From assembly GCA_016699385.1 (NCBI GenBank), contig CP064974.1, forward strand, positions 195,242-259,241: a DNA stretch of 64,000 nt. The letters are read 5' to 3'. The notes beneath the pieces were generated by a model, which searched no databases, was not told the origin of the DNA, and was given only the letters and a program-made list of their open reading frames with translations. Position 1 is the stretch's first letter. Each line of letters starts with the position of its first letter. Of this stretch, positions 48,565 to 57,380 are shown in pieces. Both the position numbers and the translations under genes were made by a program. This stretch comes from Candidatus Moraniibacteriota bacterium (GTDB lineage: Bacteria; Patescibacteriota; Minisyncoccia; Moranbacterales; UBA1568).

Positions 48565-48786
48565 GTGACTTGGAAGATGCAAGGGCATGGTGCGATCTTG
48601 GGAATAGAAGAGCATTCTCAAGGAAATGTCGAATCGACAAGGAATCGGCGACCACTTGAATTGCTTTGTTATGAAGCCTACTCTTTCAAAGAGGAAGCCC
48701 TGGGGAGAGAAAAATATTTGAAAACAAGTGATGGAAAAAAAGACCTGAAGAAGAGATTGACAAAAAGTTTTACGGAAGGGTGCTAG
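48565..48786 (+). pseudogene. GIY-YIG nuclease family protein, N-terminally truncated remnant (GIY strand missing), overlapping the tRNA-Ser 5' end
   Basis: EEHSQGNVESTRNRRPLELLCYEAYSFKEEALGREKYLKTSDGKKDLKKRL matches the C-terminal two-thirds of small GIY-YIG proteins (R..xP..L.Y.E.F....A...E..LK...G). GTG start directly after the upstream stop in the same frame. Confidence 0.55.
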
Positions 48787-48860
48787 AGTGGTCGAATAGG
48801 ACAGTCTCGAAAACTGTTGTACCGGAAACGGTACCGTGGGTTCGAATCCCACCCCTTCCG
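48774..48860 (+). tRNA. tRNA-Ser (anticodon CGA), type II tRNA with long variable arm; no encoded CCA
   Basis: Cloverleaf folded by hand: acceptor GGAAGGG/CCCTTCC, D-stem CUA/UAG, anticodon stem ACAGU/ACUGU with loop CUCGAAA, variable stem-loop UACCG-GAAA-CGGUA, T-arm GUGGG-UUCGAAU-CCCAC, discriminator G. Confidence 0.9.
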
Positions 48861-50330
48861 CATTTGTTCAATATCCGCCGTACCCCCTGCTTTTTCAAGT
48901 ATGCGGTACGGCTGTTTTAGTGTATACGAAGCCATCTCGCCATTTACAATCGTCGCGTTCAAAAGTACCGTTTCCAGTACCTTCCTCTTTTTCACATCAT
49001 CGCCCTCGATAAAATCCTTTTCCGCACCAGAAGCGGACAAAAAGACTTTTTTCACCTGTTCTAAAGTGCGAGTCATGGTTTCGGGATTGTGCCTCTCCAA
49101 TTCCTTGAGTCGCTGTTGTATCTCGGCGGTTTCTTTGTTGAAGGCTTCCAGCTTCGCGTCTACGGTCTCTCCCGCATACTTTCCCGCCAGTTGGATATCA
49201 AGAAGCCTCATCTCTTGTTGTGCGAGTGTCTCGCGCCGTTTTTCGAGGTTTGACTTCATGGTTTCAAAGAAACTCCCGTCTTTTTTGTTTTTCTCTCGGT
49301 CGGCTTCGTAGCACAACTCGATGAATTCTTCGTCAAAGTGAATTTTCTTGAAGATTGAGGCAAGTATTTTCTCGGCTTCTTCACTTCGCATATACTGCTT
49401 GTGCGCTTCACAGTTTCCTTTCCCATTGGTGCAGTAGTAATACGTGAAGCCTTTCTTCTCCATGGCGGTCATGAGACACCCGCACGAATGACAGGTCATA
49501 AAGCCTCGCAAAGGGAAAAAATGTTTCTTGTATCGGCTTCTGTTTTTTCCCGTGAAAACATCCTGTGTCTTCTCAAACAATTCTTTGGATATGATGGTTT
49601 CGTGATTGCCCGAATAATATATGCCGTGGACATACATGATGCCGTGATAGAAAGGGTCTTTGAGAATTTTCTGAATTCTTCCTTTGCGATATTTGTACCC
49701 GCTTCGAGAACGGAAGCCTTCTTGAAAAAGCAGGTCGGATATTTTTTTGAGGCTATAACTTCCCGAAGCGTACAATTCAAAAGCCCTCTTGATAAAGGGG
49801 GCGCGTTCGGTATCAACGAGTATCGTTTTGTTGAGTCGGTCGTTGAGGTATCCAATTTTGGCATAATTGGGGTAGCCGCCATTTTCCAGTTTCGACGCCA
49901 TGCCTCGCTTTACTCGTGTACTCAAGGTGCGGATTTCCTGATTTGCTTCTCCGGTTTTAACACTGAAAAGTACGGCGTCATCGCTTGGCAGATAGCATTT
50001 CTCCATCGTCTGAATTTCCTTGATGATTCCTTCCTGCAAAAGCCACAGGATTTTTCCGCTGTCTATCGGGTTTCTCGAAAGGCGGTCTAATGCCCAGCAG
50101 ACAATGCCGTCTGCTTCGCCGTCTTCAATCATTCGTATCATTTCCGTAAACATCGGGCGATTGTAGGGTTTCTTGGCGGACTTGGATTCGGCGAAGACTT
50201 TGATGATATTCAAGCCCAATTCACTTGCCCGTCTTTGCATGTTGCTGATTTGCGATTCAAGGGAGAGGGCTTGCCGATTCTTGTCTTCGGAAGATTTTCG
50301 GACGTAGAGGAGGTATTTCATAGTGTCCAT
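48783..50330 (-). CDS. Large serine recombinase (resolvase/invertase catalytic domain, recombinase domain, zinc ribbon); annotated C-terminus reads through the tRNA
   Basis: N-terminal YVRKSSEDKNRQALSLESQ (catalytic Ser context), C-terminal CHSCGC...YYYC zinc ribbon; 515 aa. The last ~25 aa are the translated tRNA complement, so the true end is probably earlier. Confidence 0.9.
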   Translation of the reverse strand: MDTMKYLLYVRKSSEDKNRQALSLESQISNMQRRASELGLNIIKVFAESKSAKKPYNRPMFTEMIRMIEDGEADGIVCWALDRLSRNPIDSGKILWLLQEGIIKEIQTMEKCYLPSDDAVLFSVKTGEANQEIRTLSTRVKRGMASKLENGGYPNYAKIGYLNDRLNKTILVDTERAPFIKRAFELYASGSYSLKKISDLLFQEGFRSRSGYKYRKGRIQKILKDPFYHGIMYVHGIYYSGNHETIISKELFEKTQDVFTGKNRSRYKKHFFPLRGFMTCHSCGCLMTAMEKKGFTYYYCTNGKGNCEAHKQYMRSEEAEKILASIFKKIHFDEEFIELCYEADREKNKKDGSFFETMKSNLEKRRETLAQQEMRLLDIQLAGKYAGETVDAKLEAFNKETAEIQQRLKELERHNPETMTRTLEQVKKVFLSASGAEKDFIEGDDVKKRKVLETVLLNATIVNGEMASYTLKQPYRILEKAGGTADIEQMRKGWDSNPRYRFRYNSFRDCPIRPL

Positions 50331-50355
50331 AAGCTACCGAAAACAAAGGATAAAA

Positions 50356-51123
50356 TCAAGCAGACGAAGCATTGAGACGAAAAATCGCGTAGAAAATTTC
50401 TCCGAGGTAATTGCTGGTAAATGTCGTTTCCCACCCATTTTCCATATTTCCAGCATTCTCTTGCATGAAAACTCGGGCGTCGTCGTTGACGATTTCAACT
50501 GGTCTTTCCAAATCCTGTGAACAAAAAAACTTCTTCTTCTTGCCAAGCATTCTTTTGTCGAACATATCTTTCTGCAGGTACTTTGACAGGTATCGTCCCA
50601 AGTTGGAAACATGCCGTACTCGCTTGATTTTGATAAACCCATTGCCCCAAATTTTCTCGATTTCCTTGCTTCTTACATACCGCAAGTTGCAAAGCAGGTG
50701 GTAATGCGCCGCGCCGCCCTCGGGTTTCACGTTTCCGAAAAAATCCACGTCTTTCTGAAATTCCAAGACGGCAAAGTACTGAAACTCGGGAAAGCGGTCT
50801 TTCATGCGCTGGGTGAAGAGATTAAAACAGTGATTCGATTTTTTTCCGTCGGTTATCTTCGAGGTGAGTGTCAAAAACTTTGTGAGTTGTGGGTTTGAGT
50901 TTACAGTCCGTCGAATTTCTCGGCGAGTACGTCGAACGGAGGATTCCGCTTTTTCCGTCTGACCTTTTTCTTCTTTCTTGTCGTTCTCATTTTTTTCTCG
51001 TTTCCTGCGTTTGTAGTTGCGAAGGACGGGTCGGTCTTTGTACTGGTATTGTTCGCATTCAAAACCAGAAACCACCACTTTTTCATAAATTCTCTCGGTA
51101 TACCTTCCCGTAGATGTGTTCAT
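50356..51123 (-). CDS. Rolling-circle replication initiator (HUH endonuclease superfamily Rep)
   Basis: Motif 1 FLTLT, motif 2 AHYHLLCN (HUH), motif 3 GRYLSKYLQK (catalytic Tyr-x-x-Lys). Confidence 0.65.
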   Translation of the reverse strand: MNTSTGRYTERIYEKVVVSGFECEQYQYKDRPVLRNYKRRKREKNENDKKEEKGQTEKAESSVRRTRREIRRTVNSNPQLTKFLTLTSKITDGKKSNHCFNLFTQRMKDRFPEFQYFAVLEFQKDVDFFGNVKPEGGAAHYHLLCNLRYVRSKEIEKIWGNGFIKIKRVRHVSNLGRYLSKYLQKDMFDKRMLGKKKKFFCSQDLERPVEIVNDDARVFMQENAGNMENGWETTFTSNYLGEIFYAIFRLNASSA

Positions 51124-51127
51124 AGAA

Positions 51128-51430
51128 TCAAGTTAAGAGAGGAACACTGGGTGCTTGCATTTCCCTCGCTGGCGCGTCAAGGTCGTGCGCCTTCGGCGCC
51201 TCCACCTTGACCCGCACTCGGGAAATGCGGGTACCCTCATAGGTTTCCTTCGGAAACCTTGTTTCACCGGAAGCCACAGGGGAACGGGTGCCATAAGAAA
51301 ACGCTGAATACAAAGTCGCCATCGAAGCAAGGTACAAGTCGGCTTCTTCATGGTTTATCGTTTCTCCGTGGACGCGGAGGAAGTACTCGATAAGCTTGTC
51401 TCGGAGGTTTTGGGTGAAGGAGTAGGACAC
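51128..51430 (-). CDS. Hypothetical small protein
   Basis: ORF track only; overlaps the candidate origin hairpin, so coding status is doubtful. Confidence 0.2.
   Translation of the reverse strand: MSYSFTQNLRDKLIEYFLRVHGETINHEEADLYLASMATLYSAFSYGTRSPVASGETRFPKETYEGTRISRVRVKVEAPKAHDLDAPAREMQAPSVPLLT
51163..51223. promoter_or_regulatory. GC-rich nested hairpin immediately upstream of rep (GTCAAGGT...ACCTTGAC enclosing GCGCC-TTC-GGCGC): candidate replication origin (dso/sso)
   Basis: Inverted repeats seen directly; position relative to rep fits RC-plasmid origins (inference). Confidence 0.3.
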
Positions 51431-51496
51431 AAAAAAAGACCGTATTGATTTACGGTCTTTAGGGTAGAGAGTTTTGAGGGGACGGTATAAGGCGCG

Positions 51497-52207
51497 CTAG
51501 GTTTTCTTGGGTGATATGCAGTTTGCGCCTTTTTTAAGCCTTGTGATGATGTTTAGAATATCCTCATAGTTGAGTCGTGGTATTTTGTACTTTTCGTTTA
51601 TCTTCGACGCAATGTCTTGTGTTTTCATTCCTGCTTTGTAAAGGCTGAATATTTCCATGTCTCTTTCCAAGTTTTTCCGTCTGTTTTTTCTCCCGAGTTT
51701 TCTTTGCGCCAAGATTTCTTGTTGAGCCCTTTTGATTCTTGGCCAATTGGCTTTCATGTCGCCCCACGACGTTTCGGGGTATATTTTTAATGGGATAACT
51801 CCTCGTGTTTCCGTGGTTGTAAAATATGGGTTGAGGTGCCACATTTCTGAACGTAACTTGCAATTATTCATGTTTCCTTCTTGAACAAGATACAGGATTG
51901 CCAATTGGTATGACTCCGAGAGTATGTATTTTTCTCTCAACGCTTTCACGTCTTTTTTCAAAGGTTCGAGTACGTCCAAGAGGTGTTTCGGCGTACCATC
52001 TTTTTCTCTTTGTTCGGGAGGGGCGGGAAAATGGTATTTTTCCTGCAATACGCGTATGTCTGCCATGAAGTCGTCGTCCGTCATCAAAAGGGAGACTCCT
52101 TGGAGAATTTTTTCTTCGAAGGTGAATTTGGGAGGCATAGGGAAGGTATTTTCTAGGTCAGTGAAGTTATAGGGTATTTTGAGGTTGGTGTCAAAGTGAA
52201 GATGCAA
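51497..52207 (-). CDS. Hypothetical protein with C-terminal HTH-like segment (element 1)
   Basis: 236 aa; C-terminal MKTQDIASKINEKYKIPRLNYEDILNIITRL resembles a DNA-binding HTH. Confidence 0.4.
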   Translation of the reverse strand: MHLHFDTNLKIPYNFTDLENTFPMPPKFTFEEKILQGVSLLMTDDDFMADIRVLQEKYHFPAPPEQREKDGTPKHLLDVLEPLKKDVKALREKYILSESYQLAILYLVQEGNMNNCKLRSEMWHLNPYFTTTETRGVIPLKIYPETSWGDMKANWPRIKRAQQEILAQRKLGRKNRRKNLERDMEIFSLYKAGMKTQDIASKINEKYKIPRLNYEDILNIITRLKKGANCISPKKT

Positions 52208-52356
52208 AGAATGAGGCTTTATGAAGCATTTTTACTGTATTTTCGTGAGTGGGTATTGACTAATAAAAGAGAATATTATATACTCCACAGTTATCGGAAA
52301 CGAAAACCCGTATCACGTCGGCCACGTGAAGAGTACTTTAATTTCGAGGTATCGTC

Positions 52357-52653
52357 ATGGCACAAGTCATTACAGAAGGTAGCGTTCCTTCACCGGAAGA
52401 GTGGTCTACGCAGATTAAATGTATTGGTAGCGGTAGCGATGAAAGTAAAGGATGTGGTGCCATACTTAAAGTTACTAAGGACGATGTAGTCTTGATGAAG
52501 TGGTATGGCACTCACTTCAAGCATCACTATCCGGCGACTCAATGTCCGCGCTGTTTGAAATACACTTACATCAAAGAACTGCCTGATACCATCTGGAAAC
52601 CACTCCTGAAAAAGGGAAAGGCTATTTTTGATGGGGTTGATGACCGTATTTGA
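52357..52653 (+). CDS. Hypothetical zinc-ribbon protein (element 1)
   Basis: CIGSGSDESKGCG ... CPRC cysteine pairs; 98 aa. Confidence 0.35.
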   Translation: MAQVITEGSVPSPEEWSTQIKCIGSGSDESKGCGAILKVTKDDVVLMKWYGTHFKHHYPATQCPRCLKYTYIKELPDTIWKPLLKKGKAIFDGVDDRI

Positions 52654-52807
52654 CGGACAACAACTTTTCCTATCTCGAACACAACTGTCCACACAGAATG
52701 GCGCAATAACCTCGAGAACACGAAGACATCTTGACCGATATGCCCTGTGCGTATCGGTCTTTTTTATGCTACAGTTAGCTGATTTGAGAAATGGCTTTGA
52801 TACACTA

Positions 52808-52843
52808 AATACGTTCTCACTTCGTCCCACCCCTTCCGCCAAT
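52808..52843 (+). repeat. attR-like repeat 1: TACGTTCTCACTTCGTCCCACCCCTTCCGCCAAT (partial tRNA-Ser 3' end)
   Basis: 34-bp sequence identical to 56453-56486; 15-bp core TCCCACCCCTTCCGC identical to the tRNA 3' end. Confidence 0.8.
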
Positions 52844-53281
52844 TTTCATTTTTGTTCGAAACGGTAGAACGTGGAGTGTTGCTTCGTGGTGCGCTCGCTC
52901 TTGTTATTTCGGACAAAAGTAAAAAAGTAAGCAATGCGCGCCTCGCGTTTCCGCTGCTTTGTAAACAGAGGCGTCACAATGGGATCTTTATGTTTTTTAG
53001 CTTGGGATTTGTTACCTGTGTATAGATTTGTGTCGTCCGTATATTGCTATGCCCCAAAAGCTCTTGCACATATCGAACATCGGTACCGTTCTCTAAATTT
53101 CGCTTCACCCCATTCTTTCACGATGCTCGGCGCTGACGCCCGCTCTTAGAAAGAATCCGATTTTGTTTTTCTTTTATTGTAGAGGGGAAATATGGAGTTT
53201 TCTCCGCTTCGCTACGAAAACATTTATCTTATAAGGGAAAAACGGACATAATGCAATTGCTTAGTTTGAAAAATAATAAAT

Positions 53282-53965
53282 ATGAACCCACTTAAAACAA
53301 ATGGTCTAATAATACAGAGCTTTCCGCAAGAGAAATATGAATCTATTCACCTTATTTTAAGTAGCAGATATGCAGAAAAGAATGAATACGAACATTTTTC
53401 AGGAGCGTGGAATGCTATAGCATATCGATACAGAGGAGCAATTGACTATGGAAGTGATTTCGTCAAATTAATAAAATTATACGGAACAGCACCACAGCCA
53501 GAAAAAAGATATTTACAAGAACAAGCTCTTTTTAATCATTTCAGTTCTTGCTTTTCAGTTTTTGAATCAGTGTGTTATGGATTTTTTGCGATAGGATCTA
53601 TTATTAATCCAGAATATTTTTCCATAAGCGACAAAGCTGATCAACGAAAAATATCTCCAGAAACAACAAAAAAAACTTTTCAAAAGGCATTTCCTGATGA
53701 ACAAATCACTAAAACATTAATTGAGTTAACTGCCGATTCAGAATTCGAAAATATTAGAAATACTAGGAATATTCTTATTCATAGAACAGCGCCGGGAAGA
53801 AAGATTTATCTACACATAGGAGAGGATGAATCACTCCCGACAGAATGGAAATTGAACAATAAACCCTTAAATGAATTGATAGTCAAATCAAACGAGGATA
53901 GCATGGAAATGCTTTTAAATAATTTACTAACTGCAGGAGAAGTTTTTTGCAGGTCACATTTATAA
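53282..53965 (+). CDS. Hypothetical protein with C-terminal HEPN-like R-N-x3-H motif (NIRNTRNILIHRT): candidate RNase toxin / abortive-infection effector
   Basis: 227 aa, AT-rich codon usage; the motif was seen directly but the HEPN assignment is by motif only. Confidence 0.45.
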   Translation: MNPLKTNGLIIQSFPQEKYESIHLILSSRYAEKNEYEHFSGAWNAIAYRYRGAIDYGSDFVKLIKLYGTAPQPEKRYLQEQALFNHFSSCFSVFESVCYGFFAIGSIINPEYFSISDKADQRKISPETTKKTFQKAFPDEQITKTLIELTADSEFENIRNTRNILIHRTAPGRKIYLHIGEDESLPTEWKLNNKPLNELIVKSNEDSMEMLLNNLLTAGEVFCRSHL

Positions 53966-53969
53966 TTAT

Positions 53970-54953
53970 ATGGCACGTAAAAATATTTTAAAAATACCAG
54001 CTAAAATAAGAAATCAGATAAAAACATTTAGTCAGGATGATGTTGTTGTAGCTTGTGTAAAATATATTCCAAAAGAAGAAATTCATAGATGCAAACATCT
54101 GAGGATACGCTATATTGACGGCGAACTTATTCTCCCACCTTCGGAAACCCCAAATCCTAATACCGGGAAATTTTCTCGGGCAAACCTGGAAGGTTTGGAG
54201 AAAAAAAGAACTGATTTGCCAAAAATATCAAAAGAATTCAGCTCTGAAGCTCCAAATTGGAATGGAAATGGTGCGCATGTTGTTTCTTATTCGCGAGATG
54301 TATATCGAAAAGATTTTTATCCACCCAAAGAAGTTGAGTTGAAAATTGAGCAAATAGAAAAAAGAGAGCATGGTTTCAAAATAAAATTTTTAATTGATCA
54401 AGTAATTAATCGAAATACTCCGAATTTTGAAAAAGAATTATTGTACAACTTAAATTTATTACAAGAAAACGTTGGAATGATAGATGTCTTTCCGAGTATT
54501 GCAACTTTGGCAGATTACGCAAAAACCGTTTATATTGATTGGGAAATATTACCGCCAGGAACCGTTGATGAAATTATAGAAGCTTTGCTAAAGAACCAAA
54601 AAACAGAAAGTATTACCCCAGATCAAATAAAAATAATGAGAGAAAGAATAGGTGTTATGTCAAAATTAAAGCCCGTTGTTTATATAAAAGGTACAAATGG
54701 TTTTTTAAGATATTTTGGGGCAAAGTTCGGAGATGATTTTGTTGTTTTTGAAAATATAAAATATGGAAACGCCTTATATATAATGTATAATTCATGGGCG
54801 GAGCTAAGTAAAAAAAGCAGGACAGAATTACTCAATGGACCAAGAGAAGACTTTGATCGCATAGAACATAGAGATGGATGGGGTGATGTTTTACAAAAAT
54901 TTGTTAGAGAATATAGGCGTAAAAACAAAACTATAAATGAAGGGCTATTTTAA
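53970..54953 (+). CDS. Hypothetical protein (327 aa), operon partner 4 nt downstream of the HEPN-like gene
   Basis: No recognisable motifs; tight coupling (stop at 53965, start at 53970). Confidence 0.45.
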   Translation: MARKNILKIPAKIRNQIKTFSQDDVVVACVKYIPKEEIHRCKHLRIRYIDGELILPPSETPNPNTGKFSRANLEGLEKKRTDLPKISKEFSSEAPNWNGNGAHVVSYSRDVYRKDFYPPKEVELKIEQIEKREHGFKIKFLIDQVINRNTPNFEKELLYNLNLLQENVGMIDVFPSIATLADYAKTVYIDWEILPPGTVDEIIEALLKNQKTESITPDQIKIMRERIGVMSKLKPVVYIKGTNGFLRYFGAKFGDDFVVFENIKYGNALYIMYNSWAELSKKSRTELLNGPREDFDRIEHRDGWGDVLQKFVREYRRKNKTINEGLF

Positions 54954-55304
54954 AGAAATTTAATTAGAAACCAATTTCCTGTACATGACAAATAAAAGGA
55001 GTTTTTGATTTTTGGCATGCACCCCTACCTCTCTGGCCAAAATCCAAAACAGAAAAAGAAATTTTAAAATTTTTTAAAACAATTCCGACATTAGTCGGAA
55101 AAAAGAAAAGGAATACATCAGCTAACAACGAGTATCCGGTTACGGCTTTTACACAAAAGCCTCCATCCAAATTTTTCCTCCGCTACGCTACAGAAAAACT
55201 TCGGATACTCGTAACGTTAAGTGACATATTTCCAAGTCTCTTTTTTAGAATAAGGAACGAGTGAAAAATTTTCTTTATTTTAATGAGGGGAAATAAGGAA
55301 TTTT

Positions 55305-55580
55305 CTCAGCTTCTTCACTCCGCAAATATCGCTTGCGCGCTTCACAGTTTCCTTTGCCATTGGTGCAGTAGTAATACGTGAAGCCTTTTTTCTCCATGGC
55401 GGTCATGAGACATCCGCACGCGTGGTAATTCATAAAGTCTCGAAGCGGAAAGAAATGCTTTTTGTATCGGCTTCGATTTTTTCCTGTGAAAACATCTTGC
55501 GCCTTCTCAAACAACTCTTTGGAAATGAGAGTGTCGTGATTGCCCGCGTAATATATCCCGTGGACATAGCCTGCCTGCTT
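55305..55580 (-). pseudogene. Serine recombinase gene remnant (internal zinc-ribbon region only)
   Basis: 79-aa ORF MFEKAQDVFTGKNRSRYKKHFFPLRDFMNYHACGCLMTAMEKKGFTYYYCTNGKGNCEARKRYLRSEEAEKI is ~90% identical to residues of the full recombinase at 49380-49650; nucleotide similarity extends about 270 bp. Confidence 0.8.
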
Positions 55581-55620
55581 GTGGTAATGTCAAAATGTAA
55601 AAATTAGGTAAAATAAAAAT

Positions 55621-56337
55621 ATGAATAAAAATATAAGAACAGAGATTGCTGTGGGAATAATACTTGTCATTTTTATTGTTATTGTGGGTTTTATTTGGCT
55701 GGGTAGCAAACAGCAAACATTGGATTCAGTAGTTAAACCCGTGGTCAAATCCGTAGAAAATCAAAGTATAACTGAAAAGAAAAGTCTTCCAGCAACTCTT
55801 TCTTCTTCTGCTGCTGGTAGAGATACGTCTGGACGTGAGCTTAAAGTCGAAGACATATCAATTTCAAATGTTAAATTCACTTTGCCAAACTCAACCATTG
55901 ATTCCCCTGTAAAAAATAATTTTTCATTTCAAAATGTAAAAAAATATACGTTGACGACGCCTACAGGAGTCGCACCAATTTTTTATGTTGACGACCAACC
56001 ACAGAGAGACGGGACTGTTAAGAGTGTAGAAGTGGATGTCCCAAGTGGAAAATCTATAATAGGCGTCAGAGTAATAGTTAGCAACGAGAAAAACACTGCT
56101 AGTTTGTCAATAAACCCGAATTTTCTTTTATCAGTCAATGATATAAAAGTAGCCCCAGTTAACTATAATGTTGCTAGCTTTAGTATTCCGGGTGGGGCTT
56201 CGGTTGAATTTGAGTATTTATTTGCAGTGGGTGAAAAGACAAATACTTTCGTATTGAGTTTTGGCGAAAATACGGAAAATCCAGAGGGTCGACTTCTTGT
56301 TGACTTTGGGCAGAAAAATTTTACCTCATTAAAGTAG
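55621..56337 (+). CDS. Hypothetical membrane-anchored/secreted beta-rich protein (element 2)
   Basis: N-terminal TM IAVGIILVIFIVIVGFIWLG then a Ser/Thr/Asn/Val-rich domain. Confidence 0.45.
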   Translation: MNKNIRTEIAVGIILVIFIVIVGFIWLGSKQQTLDSVVKPVVKSVENQSITEKKSLPATLSSSAAGRDTSGRELKVEDISISNVKFTLPNSTIDSPVKNNFSFQNVKKYTLTTPTGVAPIFYVDDQPQRDGTVKSVEVDVPSGKSIIGVRVIVSNEKNTASLSINPNFLLSVNDIKVAPVNYNVASFSIPGGASVEFEYLFAVGEKTNTFVLSFGENTENPEGRLLVDFGQKNFTSLK

Positions 56338-56451
56338 TTTTTTTGCTTCTCACACAGTGCTTATCTTGAAGCCTCCACATAGGAGGCTTTTTGTTTCCAA
56401 AAATTTATCGTACAATCATGGGTACTTGGTGGAATGATGGAAATTGAAGCA

Positions 56452-56487
56452 CATACGTTCTCACTTCGTCCCACCCCTTCCGCCAAT
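56452..56487 (+). repeat. attR-like repeat 2 (second partial tRNA-Ser 3' end copy)
   Basis: Identical 34-bp sequence to 52809-52842. Confidence 0.8.
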
Positions 56488-56890
56488 CTCAAGTTGATGA
56501 AGAAACACTAATTCAGATAAAAGAAAAAATTAAGGATAATTTAAAGTAGTGCCCCTTTGTCTGACTTTCTCGCTATCGCTCGAACCACGCTTCGCTCTTA
56601 CTTCGCTACGCTACATTCGTGTCTTCAGCAAGAGATAAAAGAAAAATTGCTCGGCTTGAGATCCCTCCTAAATTTCTTTCGCTACATTCCGCAAACTTCT
56701 CATAATCCTGACGTTATTCGCAATTTCACTTTGCTCCATTGCGAATAAAGCCTGCGGATGATAATCTTGCTATTCTCCTCCATTTCGCTTCGCGAAACTC
56801 CGTATAACAGCGAGATATTCGAAATTTTCCTTTCAAGAATTTCATTTCTTTTCAGAAAAACGTCGCATCATCCGTAGGCGTTATATTCAA

Positions 56891-57380
56891 TTCGGGCTGG
56901 CTCGCAAAACATTTAAATCCTTGCAATTTTTACTATAATTATGACTATGAAAATATATTTTGCTGGTTCAATTCGTGGCGGAAGAGGTGATAAAGATTTA
57001 TATCTTCAGCTAATCCAACACCTCGCTAAACATGGTAAAGTTTTAACTGAACATGTCGGCGATGGAAACCTAACAGAGATCGGTGAAGACGGCCCCAATG
57101 ACGAATATATCTACGAGCGTGATATGGATTGGGTTCGCCAATCAGATGTTGTTATTGCCGAAGTTTCCACACCATCGCTCGGTGTTGGATACGAAATCGG
57201 AAAAGCTGAGGATATGAACATAAAAATGTTGTGTCTTTATAGGAATCAGCAAAATAAAAGATTATCTGCAATGATTAGTGGAAATCCAAACGTAAAAATT
57301 GCAAGATATGAAACTTTTGAAGATGCAGTTTCTCATATTGATAGTTTCTTTGAATCATTGAAGTAGCGAGCCAGCCCGAA
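56891..57380. repeat. Perfect 15-bp inverted repeat TTCGGGCTGGCTCGC / GCGAGCCAGCCCGAA flanking a single gene, plus roughly 25-bp direct repeats GCA(A/G)ACTTCTCATAATCCTGAC(G/A)TTA at 56692-56717 and 57464-57489
   Basis: Seen directly at 56891-56905 and 57366-57380; the right arm begins inside the stop codon. Confidence 0.8.
56941..57366 (+). CDS. Nucleoside 2-deoxyribosyltransferase family protein (DNPH1/Rcl-like)
   Basis: KIYFAGSIRGGRGD ... E catalytic pattern typical of 2'-deoxynucleoside 5'-phosphate N-hydrolase / NDT family. Confidence 0.7.
   Translation: MTMKIYFAGSIRGGRGDKDLYLQLIQHLAKHGKVLTEHVGDGNLTEIGEDGPNDEYIYERDMDWVRQSDVVIAEVSTPSLGVGYEIGKAEDMNIKMLCLYRNQQNKRLSAMISGNPNVKIARYETFEDAVSHIDSFFESLK

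Larger units (their letters stand above)
48861..52840. mobile_element. Integrated element 1 at tRNA-Ser (about 4 kb): large serine recombinase, rolling-circle Rep, two or three hypotheticals, bounded by the tRNA 3' end and a partial copy of it
   Basis: tRNA 3' end TTCGAATCCCACCCCTTCCGC (48841-48861) recurs as TTCG--TCCCACCCCTTCCGC at 52821-52839; recombinase and Rep genes lie in between. Confidence 0.7.
52841..56484. mobile_element. Integrated element 2 (about 3.6 kb, strongly AT-rich): HEPN-like plus partner cassette, decayed recombinase fragment, secreted protein; ends at the second tRNA-end repeat
   Basis: Bounded by the two identical 34-bp repeats; visibly lower GC than the flanks; contains a roughly 270-bp ~85-90% identical duplicate of the element-1 recombinase gene. 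Confidence 0.65.
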
